From assembly GCA_964016885.1 (NCBI GenBank), contig OZ024742.1:143220001-143284000 (forward strand): a DNA stretch of 64,000 nt, read 5' to 3'. Shown piece after piece: positions 48,406 to 64,000 of the stretch (positions within the stretch are counted from its first letter, which is position 1; each line of letters starts with the position of its first letter). The notes under the pieces are model-generated. The model made no database searches. It was given only the letters and a program-made list of their open reading frames with translations, and was not told the DNA's origin. The stretch is from Eledone cirrhosa. Its lineage: Eukaryota. The position numbers and the translations under genes were made by a program.

Positions 48406-48443
<38 letters not shown>

Positions 48444-48555
48444 CTTAGTACATGTGTTTGTGGAATGTTCAGCCACTTGCATGTTAATTTCACAAGGGTA
48501 GAGAAATACCTGTTGCTGTTAGTCAACCATGTGTGAGTGTGTTTGTTGTATGCTG

Positions 48556-48601
<46 letters not shown>

Positions 48602-48713
48602 CTTAGTACATGTGTTTGTGGAATGTTCAGCCACTTGCATGTTAATTTCACAAGGGTAGAGAAATACCTGTTGCTGTTAGTCAACCATGTGTGAGTGTGT
48701 TTGTTGTATGCTG

Positions 48714-48775
<62 letters not shown>

Positions 48776-48887
48776 CTTAGTACATGTGTTTGTGGAATGT
48801 TCAGCCACTTGCATGTTAATTTCACAAGGGTAGAGAAATACCTGTTGCTGTTAGTCAACCATGTGTGAGTGTGTTTGTTGTATGCTG

Positions 48888-48923
<36 letters not shown>

Positions 48924-49035
48924 CTTAGTACATGTGTTTGTGGAATGTTCAGCCACTTGCATGTTAATTTCACAAGGGTAGAGAAATACCTGTTGCTGTT
49001 AGTCAACCATGTGTGAGTGTGTTTGTTGTATGCTG

Positions 49036-49077
<42 letters not shown>

Positions 49078-49319
49078 CTTAGTACATGTGTTTGTGGAAT
49101 GTTCAGCCACTTGCATGTTAATTTCACAAGGGTAGAGAAATACCTGTTGCTGTTAGTCAACCATGTGTGAGTGTGTTTGTTGTATGCTGGTATGTGTGTG
49201 TGTGTGACTTAGTACATGTGTTTGTGGAATGTTCAGCCACTTGCATGTTAATTTCACAAGGGTAGAGAAATACCTGTTGCTGTTAGTCAACCATGTGTGA
49301 GTGTGTTTGTTGTATGCTG

Positions 49320-49381
<62 letters not shown>

Positions 49382-49499
49382 GTGTGACTTAGTACATGTG
49401 TTTGTGGAATGTTCAGCCACTTGCATGTTAATTTCACAAGGGTAGAGAAATACCTGTTGCTGTTAGTCAACCATGTGTGAGTGTGTTTGTTGTATGCTG

Positions 49500-49535
<36 letters not shown>

Positions 49536-49647
49536 CTTAGTACATGTGTTTGTGGAATGTTCAGCCACTTGCATGTTAATTTCACAAGGGTAGAGAAATA
49601 CCTGTTGCTGTTAGTCAACCATGTGTGAGTGTGTTTGTTGTATGCTG

Positions 49648-49703
<56 letters not shown>

Positions 49704-49821
49704 GTGTGACTTAGTACATGTGTTTGTGGAATGTTCAGCCACTTGCATGTTAATTTCACAAGGGTAGAGAAATACCTGTTGCTGTTAGTCAACCATGTGT
49801 GAGTGTGTTTGTTGTATGCTG

Positions 49822-49857
<36 letters not shown>

Positions 49858-49969
49858 CTTAGTACATGTGTTTGTGGAATGTTCAGCCACTTGCATGTTA
49901 ATTTCACAAGGGTAGAGAAATACCTGTTGCTGTTAGTCAACCATGTGTGAGTGTGTTTGTTGTATGCTG

Positions 49970-50027
<58 letters not shown>

Positions 50028-50145
50028 GTGTGACTTAGTAAATGTGTTTGTGGAATGTTCAGCCACTTGCATGTTAATTTCACAAGGGTAGAGAAATACC
50101 TGTTGCTGTTAGTCAACCATGTGTGAGTGTGTTTGTTGTATGCTG

Positions 50146-50181
<36 letters not shown>

Positions 50182-50293
50182 CTTAGTACATGTGTTTGTG
50201 GAATGTTCAGCCACTTGCATGTTAATTTCACAAGGGTAGAGAAATACCTGTTGCTGTTAGTCAACCATGTGTGAGTGTGTTTGTTGTATGCTG

Positions 50294-50329
<36 letters not shown>

Positions 50330-50462
50330 CTTAGTACATGTGTTTGTGGAATGTTCAGCCACTTGCATGTTAATTTCACAAGGGTAGAGAAATACCTGTT
50401 GCTGTTAGTCAACCATGTGTGAGTGTGTTTGTTGTATGCTGGTATGTGTGTGTGTGTGTGTG
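47944..50462 (+). repeat. Tandem array: 16 copies of an about 117-bp constant unit separated by variable (TG)n
   Basis: Unit gacttagtacatgtgtttgtggaatgttcagcc...gtatgctggta, counted by eye. Confidence 0.95.
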
Positions 50463-50544
50463 TAAAAAGCTACTTATAAATGTACAAATACTAAACTTTA
50501 TATAAATAGTAAAGATGGAATAATGGGAGAAAGAGATAAAACCA

Positions 50545-50760
50545 GTCACTCTCCGACAGGTTCGCGGTCGTGCCCTTGGCAGTGGAGACTTCTGGTGTCC
50601 TTGGCCCTAGGGCTACTTCCCTACACACCACCATAGGCGCTGAGCTGGCCAGCCGCAAGTGTGAGCCTCGCGAGTTGGAATGGCTCTTCCAGCGCATCTC
50701 CCTTACCATCCTCCGGGGAAACGCCTTCTCCATTCTGTCCGCCGGGGCTGTGGGGAGGCC
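50545..50760 (+). pseudogene. CRE-like (restriction-like endonuclease) non-LTR 3' fragment
   Basis: FAVVPLAVETSGVLGPRA...WLFQRISLTILRGNAFSIL. Confidence 0.75.
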
Positions 50761-50939
50761 AGCACGTGGGACCCCATTTGCTCACCATACAGAGAGATGG
50801 GGGAGGGCGAGAGAGATGGAGGCGATGACGGTGGGAGTTCGGCCATTCCACATTCGGGCCATACCCTTGTGAAGTCACTTCTGTAAACACTTCTGTAATA
50901 CAGCGTTATACACCTCTCGGACACAGGTTCGATGAGATT

Positions 50940-51826
50940 GATGATGATGGTGGTGGTGGTGGTGGTGGTGATGGTGGTGGTGGTGGTGGTGATGGTGGTG
51001 GTGGTGGTGATGGTGGTGCTGGTGGTGGTGGTGGTGATGATGATGGTGGTGATGGTGGTGATGGTGATGGTGGTGATGGTGGTGATGGTGATGATGATGA
51101 TGATGATGCTAGCAGTGGTGGTGGTGATGGTGGTGGTGGTGATGGTGGTGATGGTGATGGTGGTGGTGGTGATGGTGATGGTGGTGATGATGATGATGAT
51201 GATGATGATGCTGGCAGTGGTGGTGGTGGTGGTGGTGATGGTGATGATGATGGTGGTGATAGTGGTGATGATGATGATGATGCTGGCAGTGATGATGATG
51301 ATGATGATGATGTTGATGATGATGATGATGATGATGATGGTGATGGTGGTGGTGGTGGCAGTGATGGTGGCGGTGGTGTTGATGATGAGGATGGAGATGG
51401 TTATTGTGATGGGGATGAGGATGAAGAGGGTGGTGGCAGTGATGTGGAGGGTAGCGGTTGTGGTGATGATGATGATGATGATGACGGTCGTGATGATGGG
51501 GACGGTGGTGGTGGTGATGATGACGATGATGATGATGATGATGATGATGATCGCGCTGATGATGGTGGTGGCAGTGATGATGATGGTGGCGGTGGTGGTG
51601 ATGATGATGATGATGACGATCGTGATGATGGGGATGGTGGTGGTGGTGATGATGATGATGGAGGCTTTGGTGGTGGTGGTGGTGGTGGTGATGACGATAA
51701 TGATGTGATAATAAAAATGACGATGGTGATGATGATGGCGGCGGTGGTGAAGGTGGCGGCGGTGGTGGTGATGACAGTGGCGGCGGTGGTGGTGATGACG
51801 ATGACGGATGATGCTGATGACGATGA

Positions 51827-51859
<33 letters not shown>

Positions 51860-51922
51860 CGGTGGTGGTAGTGACGATGACAGTGGCGGTGGTGGTTGTG
51901 ATGATGGTGATGACGAAGACGT

Positions 51923-51956
<34 letters not shown>

Positions 51957-52012
51957 GGTAGTGACGATGACAGTGGCGGTGGTGGTTGTGATGATGGTGA
52001 TGACGAAGACGT

Positions 52013-52057
<45 letters not shown>

Positions 52058-52120
52058 CGATGATGACGATGATGATGATGATGATGGTGATGATGATGGT
52101 GTCGATGATGAATGATAATG
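50940..52120. repeat. (GAT)n/(GGT)n compound trinucleotide repeat
   Basis: Direct reading. Confidence 0.95.
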
Positions 52121-52129
52121 ACAATAGCT

Positions 52130-52280
52130 GTTTCTACTTTAGGCACAAGGCCAGAAATTACCAGTGCATTACTGGTACTTTATTTTATCGACCCCGTAAG
52201 GATGAAAGGCGAAGTTAACCTCGGCGGGATTTGAACTCAGAATGGCAAGGGCCGTAACTCTATGCGCCAAAGCATGGCAT
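52130..52280 (-). mobile_element. SINE family 1, 5'-truncated
   Basis: tttctactttaggcacaaggcc...gaccccgtaaggatgaaaggc. Confidence 0.88.
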
Positions 52281-52509
52281 TGACAATAATGATAACGATG
52301 ACGATGATGATGATGATGATGACAGAGAACCAACGAACAATGATTCACAATTGTGTTTAATGAAAGTCTCCTGCCAAAAGTTACTAAGTAGCTGTCTGTG
52401 TAACACAACGACGTTATAGATTTCTGGTTTCATTGAAATATTAATTTGATTAAACTAGAAAATTAATTTAATCAAAATATGAAAATACATATTTAAAAAG
52501 AGACTTTCG

Positions 52510-53100
52510 AAGAGAGAGAGAGAGAGAGAGAGGGGGAGGGAGGGGTGGGGGAGAGGGAGAGCGATAAATGGCGGTTGGGGCGGGGGTAGGAGAGATGGAA
52601 AGATAAAAAAAAGGGGAGACAGAGATTGAGAGATAAATGTGGGAGAGAGAGAGATAGAGAGAGATGGAGAGAGAGAGAGAGAGAGAGTTGATGGAGTGTT
52701 AAAGGGGGGTGGGTGGGCCGTGAGAGAGATGGAGAGAAAGAGAGATGGAGAGAGAGAGAGAGATGGAGAGAGAGATGGAGAAAGAGAGATGGCGAGAGAG
52801 AGATGGAGAGAGAGAGATGGAGAGAGAGAGATGAAGAGAGAGATGGAGAGAGTGATGGAGAGTGAGAGAACGAGAGAGAGAGAGAGGAGATGGAGAGATA
52901 AAAGGAGAAGAGAGATGGGGAGATAAATGGGAAGAGGGAGTGAAATGGAAAGAGATTGAGAGAGAGAGAGAGAGAGAGAAGTGATGGGAGATTGAGATAG
53001 AGACAAATATAGAGATGGTGAGGTGGAAAGAAAGAAATAGAGAGAGAGAGAGAGAGCGACAGAGAGAGAGAGAGAGGGTGGGAGAGGAGGGGGGAATTTG
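52510..53100. repeat. (GA)n-rich low-complexity tract
   Basis: Direct reading. Confidence 0.9.
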
Positions 53101-54019
53101 AAGGAGAGAAATAGATTCAATGAACGAAAAATAGTAGTCATTAGAAAATGTATATAAGAACGTAGGTAACAACAACAACAGCAACAACAACAACAATAAA
53201 AATAAAATCAGCCATATTGTCTACGTGCCAGCAAAAAAAACAAAAACAAAACAAAAACAAAAACAAAAACAGAAATAAAACAGAAAAAACACAACAAAAA
53301 GACAAAGAAAAAACAAAAGAAAAACTGTAGGTTGGTCCATAGCCTTTATTACAAACATATATTCCATTGTACATATGACTGAATACAACAAAATAACTGA
53401 CACCAGTAATAAAGCTCAGTTATAAAATCATAATAGATTTTATAACATTTATCACAGTTGAATAAATATTTAGCCGTATCGTACAAAAGTAGACATATGC
53501 TCGCCTGAGTATTAACGGCACCTGTATTATATTACAGCAGTTGGTTGGAACTGATTTTCTTGTAGAATCAGCTTCGAATTGGAGGCGAAACCAACCAGAG
53601 CGACAACAATGGTTGATAATAATAAATAAATAGAATAATTGAAATATACAGAGGGTGAATGAGTGAGAGTGGAAGAGACAGAGGGTGAAAGAGAGAGAGA
53701 GAGAGTGAGTGAGTGAAAGAGAAAGACAGAGAAAGAGAGAGAAACGAATATATATATATATATATATATATATTGCTTACTCTTTGACACCAGCTGCTTT
53801 CTGTATTAGAGATTCGCAAATATACATGATTACACATACCTACACACACCTACAACAACAACAACAACACACACACAATGTAGTACACATACATTAGACA
53901 CGAACATAGCAACCCTTAAAATACTAATACATATACAAAAGTACAGATTATAGATGCCACAAATATGTACACAAACACGCAAAGACATATACACATTAAC
54001 TTTAACACTCTAAACATTG

Positions 54020-57700
<3,681 letters not shown>

Positions 57701-57964
57701 ATACACACATCATAATCATGAACCACACAGAATTATAGAAGTTTCTGTAAAGACAGATATGTATAGATTACATGATGCAGATCAACATGTTGATGTTATA
57801 ATGGTGTACTTAAGTGCTCTGGTTAGTCCCGAATTACTCAAGCGAACTAAATCTCCACCAGCATCATTCCGCCATACTGGCAATAAACCAAAGGAACAAC
57901 AAAAAAACAAAAACAAAACAAAACAAAAAACATGCAAATATGACTAAAATATATACATAAACCG

Positions 57965-58224
57965 CATGTCTGTGTGTGTGTATGTATACACGTATGTATG
58001 TATGTATGTATGTATGTATGTATGTATGTATGTATGCATGTCTGTGTGTGTGTATGTATACACGTATGTATGTATGTATGTATGTATGTATGTATGTATG
58101 TATGTATGTATGTATGTATGCATGTATGTATGTATGTATGTATGTATGTATGTATGCATGTATGTATGTAAGTATGTATGTATGTATGTATGTATGTATG
58201 TATGCATGCATGTAAGTATGTATG

Positions 58225-58258
<34 letters not shown>

Positions 58259-58305
58259 TGTATGTATGCATGTATGTATGTATGTATGCATGTATGTATG
58301 TATAT
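57965..58305. repeat. (TATG)n microsatellite
   Basis: Direct reading. Confidence 0.95.
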
Positions 58306-58382
58306 ATATTTGGCAGATTTATTGAGTGAGCTAGACGTTAACCTGGGACCATTGAGTTAATAGTAAGGATCTTTGTAAATAA

Positions 58383-58451
<69 letters not shown>

Positions 58452-58664
58452 CCAAAGATTAATATGGTTCATTGATTAATCAACAAATACAATTTTACAA
58501 TAGATTAGAAGCACTCGACAAAGGATTTTCCTGGAGTATTTAATCTTATTCAAAATATGGATTTAATACGTGTTTCATTATTTTGGGCTAATTATGTTAT
58601 ATAACCAGCTCGTCGAGAAATCTTCTGATGGCGTCACGATGGAAAGTAGTTTCCACGTGAAAAT

Positions 58665-59210
<546 letters not shown>

Positions 59211-59381
59211 CAAATGAATATATGATAGGGATAAACACTGATACAAGTATACAAGTGTTTGTATTGCAAATGACCAAGTTAGCTAGATTGAAAAATACTA
59301 ATTAAAATAATACGGTTTGCCTGTCTCGATTTAAAATAATAAATCAATAAAAACAATGGAAAGTAGTTTCCACGTGAAAAT

Positions 59382-60053
<672 letters not shown>

Positions 60054-60864
60054 TATATATATATATATATATGATTTTCACGTGGAAACTACTTTCCATC
60101 GTGACGCCATCAGAAGATTTCTCGACGAGCTGGTTATATAACATAATTAGCCCAAAATAATGAAGCACGTATTAAATCCATATTTTATGGTAGAAAATAA
60201 AACACACATTACAACTCTTCTCGCATTTCGTTTTCTCTTTACACCTTTGAATATTCTAACCCTTACATATAACTCGCTTCATCCCGTGACTCATTAAGAT
60301 CACAGATCCACATATATGATTGATGATCTATCCTGATACTGTGAAGCACTTCTTGAACAATAGCTCAGCTGGGTTGAAAAGATCTGACGTCTCGGTTATT
60401 TCGATGTTAGTACGTGATCATTCAACAGCGCAAAGATAGAAGATCTTGTCGGTTTATATGTACTAGACACAATGAAGGGTAGGTTCACAGATTTTAGCAT
60501 TTGTTCGTACCAAGATAACAACCCAATGGTATCATGTTATAAGGACGATTACACGCTAAATAACTGAGAAAATAATGCTTCTTCTGTAGCTGCCCACTAA
60601 AGGTTTATACGGTTTTGATAGATAGAGCAGGACCGCGAATGTTTAGAATACAAGCAAATAGTTTTGGTACAGCCGAGTGAGAAAGTCGTACTCAATAGTA
60701 GGAAATCTGATGTGTTTATTATTTGCTCACAGGATTTAACCGATAGCTACGCCCGGTTGGTTGAAGAGTAAATAAAAGAAATTTGCATAATGAAGAAGTT
60801 CGTGAAGTGAAATTATTTACACAAACTGAAGTTTTAAGATAATGTATGTCAAAGTATCGGCCGC

Positions 60865-60925
60865 TCACTGATAGGTTTGTGGTCGAGCCTGTGGGAGTGG
60901 AGACTTCCGCCGTTCGTGGTATCCA
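60865..60925 (+). pseudogene. Tiny CRE-like fragment
   Basis: TDRFVVEPVGVETS resembles DRFAVVPLAVETS at 50553. Confidence 0.45.
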
Positions 60926-61515
60926 CAACCACTGCCACAACCACCACCACCACCACCACCACCACCACCACCAACAACAACAACAAAAACCCCACCACCA
61001 CAACGAGGAATGTCTGTGTATGTCGTCAGGGCTGCTTCAAAATCTTTTTTGGCGTTATTGCTGCGTTCATTCAATAATATTAGTAGTGGCAACTATATCA
61101 CTTGTGTGCCTGCGTGTATCAATACATATGTGCGTGCCAATACATAATAGCCCGTACACGAGTGGTTAATGTGTGTGCGAGAGAGAACAGCATAGAGAAC
61201 GGATAGTCGGTGAATGTGCGTGTATCTGAAAGATTAACCCCATTCTTAATGGTGAACAAACCTGTCCTTCGAGGAGTATTGTGGCAGGTTGCCGGAGAGG
61301 TCAAACTCTCTGACCCTAACTAGGTTGGCGGTTCTAACCCAATTGTTTTAGCAGAGTCTGGCTATATATACAAACTGCCAAATACAAAATACATACTAAT
61401 ACCACCCAGAAAAGTGTACTTTAGGTTGTTGATACCTTCGTTAAAATATGTTGTCGATCCTTCTTCTATAAACGAGACCAGATGCAGGACAACCACAGCC
61501 CGACTGAAACTACTG

Positions 61516-61666
61516 CAGACCTGTCAACTCTCCCCATCCGACGGTGAGATCTCCCACTCACTTTGGGGTGGGTATAGCGTTCATTATATAAAATCTCCCC
61601 ATTTTGCCTCATTTCTCTATTTTTCATGGTACTCCCCGTTTGGGTTTTTAGAGGTTGGCAGGTCTG
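61516..61666. mobile_element. MITE copy 3
   Basis: Same TIRs. Flanks ctactg/ctattg. Confidence 0.85.
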
Positions 61667-61719
61667 CTATTGGTACACCGCCACCTAACCCATTTTTTTC
61701 TAACCCCGAAGCAGATCAT

Positions 61720-63520
61720 TTCTCTCTTTCTCATTCAAAGTTTAAGGTAATTACTACAGAATTTCCGAATAAAACCAGAACACAAGAAGAAGACTGGAAA
61801 TTTGTACCACGTGGACTACGACCTGAACCACTACTTTTCAAAAGCAAATCGCATTACATCTACATACTAAAAAGCAAAAGTGATTAACACGATGGGCCAA
61901 AGGATAATCGTTGACATTGCTATCCATGATCAAATGGAACTTCTAAATCCCCGCGAGCTGTGATTCTCTCTGAAGGGTCATGAATAAGATTTCTAACACA
62001 ATCACACCATAAGACTTATAAACCGAATTAAGACTTATAAACTCAACTAAGTCCAATGCAATAAGAAATTCTTCAGCAAAATCATATCTAACTTATCCTC
62101 TAGGTGAATACACATAAGTTAATCGACACGTTTCGCCTAATAAAGGATAAATGTAGAATGAAGTTTCTATAATTCGATATGTCTATAATTCTTCAGATCT
62201 TATTAGATATTGCCTTCAACTACTCTAAGACTATCACTGAAATTGACGATCTGCCATTAAAATAATTCTGAATGCTCGAAAATATGTTTTTTGCTTTGAC
62301 AATTCTCTATGAATGAAACAGAATAGTGATTTGAACGAAGTTACAGGCCTCACTCGATTGTACATCATTTCCAAATGAAAGATAGACTCCCAATACATTT
62401 CTTTATGGCAATCTATCACAATCTGAAAATCCTAAATTTCCCCGACATCAACTTCGAGAGAGGTTTGCATTAGCTGCATAGGAAACCTAATGTGTCACTC
62501 CGATTCATCAGCCGAAACTCCAAACATCTTAGATCCTTTACCAACAACCTCACCGAGAGCATCTCCATCCGTACTTCAACTCTATCCCACCAATTAGCAG
62601 ATTTTCAGGATCTAACACTTTATTATAAGGATACCTTCCGGAGCAGTTGTTTCAATCAAGAAATAAACTATATTCAAACACAAATGGGCTGAACCAGCCG
62701 TAGGAAACACAAGTGAACAGTCACGTGGCGTAATCCGCCATAAATCTTTTGCAATAATTAGGAAGCATTTTCCAACGCAATAATTGCATTATGAAATATG
62801 TAATAAAACAGTAAAAATGTCTTACTCTACCACACCAAATGTTGTGCAAAACATTGCTTCCTCCAACCAAGTCAAAATCGGTATCTATTAAACCACCCGA
62901 ATCAGTGACAAAACAGCTTAAAGCAATTGTCGCAACAGCAATAAGTATTCATTAAAATGACAAAGAGTATAGTGTACAAGTATATTGTACAAGCTTTTAA
63001 TCCTGCTACGCGCAACATATCAACATATCAACATTTTCAGAAATCATTACCAGTCATAATAATGGTTTCTACTTTAGACATAAGGCCAGCAATTTTTGAA
63101 GAGGGGAAAGTCGATTAAATCGACCCCTGTGCATTACTGGTACTTTATTTTATCGACCCCGTAAGGATGAAAGGCAAAGCTAACCTCGGCGGGATTTGAA
63201 CGCAGAACGTAAAAGGCCGTAACTGCCAATCCACCGCCATATTACTAATCATGATAATAATTGTTTCTACTTTTGGCACAAGGCTAGTCATTACGGAAAC
63301 ATATTAGTCTGTCCAGCCACCTGATTGAAAATGAAACCACTTACCAACTCAATTGGAACATCATAACCAATGTCCTATCCTATGCCAGTAACGGCAAAGC
63401 AAATGGAATATGGAGGAATCACTTTGTATAGTGTTCGCCCATTGCCTTTGCTCAAAACGAAATCCGATCTTGTTACCAATTGAAAACACCGGATATTTAA
63501 AACACACTTCAACTTCTGAC
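61720..63520 (+). pseudogene. Highly decayed Penelope-like element (Neptune-type) RT/linker/EN
   Basis: KFL*FDM...LLDIAFNYSK...ILNARK; RKHK*TVTWRNPP...KHFP...KTVKMSYSTTPNV; KSDLV..*KH. These match the Neptune pattern RKRNIIWFNPP...KHFP...VKISYSC.PN. Interrupted by a SINE. Confidence 0.6.
63065..63238 (-). mobile_element. SINE family 1
   Basis: Diagnostic motifs, with an internal deletion in the head. Confidence 0.88.
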
Positions 63521-64000
63521 GCACACACGATCCAGGATGCTAAGAGCCCGACAACCAATTAACATCAAGCTGCCATGGTAAACAATTATTTAGCTTGAAC
63601 GGTGTACCAATGCCTGCTTATGAAAAGAGAATCTTTAGCTTACCCAGGCACCACACTCTTTGACTGCATGAACAAACTAGTACTCACCTACATAAGCAAG
63701 TATTGTAGAATATTACCCGGTGGTGGCTGCTGTTGACAGTTATTATTGGCAACACATGCTGTTGTTGTAGTTGTTACTGTTGTTGTTGCGTTTGTTGCTG
63801 TTGTCATTATCATTGGCATTGATGTTGATATCGTTGTTGTTGTTATTGCCGATGTCATCATTCTTATCCAGATTGTTATTGTTGGTGATATCAGCATTAC
63901 TAGTGATGTCGCTGTGTACTAATACATGTAATGCTACGGTGAAATAATATAATATATATTAACATAATATAATATATATTAACATAATACAATATATATT

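Noticed and set aside
47944-50462. CRISPR-like repeat-spacer appearance
   Set aside because: The repeats are about 117 bp, the spacers are only (TG)n, there are no cas genes, and the context is eukaryotic.
50703-52218. Poly-His, poly-Asp/Gly and poly-Met/Val ORFs
   Set aside because: A trinucleotide microsatellite open in several frames at once, with no unique coding context.

Overview
This is a repeat-dense eukaryotic (animal) intergenic or intronic window with no host gene that I can support. The SINE families and the extreme (TA)n/(CA)n content resemble an octopod cephalopod genome (recognition from memory, not a database result). It contains one intact RTE LINE, two intact and one decayed full-length Tx1/L1-clade LINEs plus truncated relatives, about 12 tRNA-headed SINEs, three MITEs and a maT transposon relic. 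It also holds CR1, CRE, Jockey/I and Penelope fragments, a SINE-derived satellite, and many (TA)n-embedded fold-backs carrying minimal hammerhead ribozymes. The main candidate for a new system is a conserved splice-site layout in the Tx1 elements. A donor sits at the ORF1 terminus and an acceptor coincides with the ORF2 stop codon, while a second donor in the 5'UTR pairs with an acceptor just before the ORF2 ATG. This suggests overlapping, mutually exclusive introns giving ORF1-only and ORF2-only mRNAs. The same elements also show divergent microsatellite targeting, (TCTA)n versus (ATT)n. Most short ORFs in the track are microsatellite or antisense artefacts.
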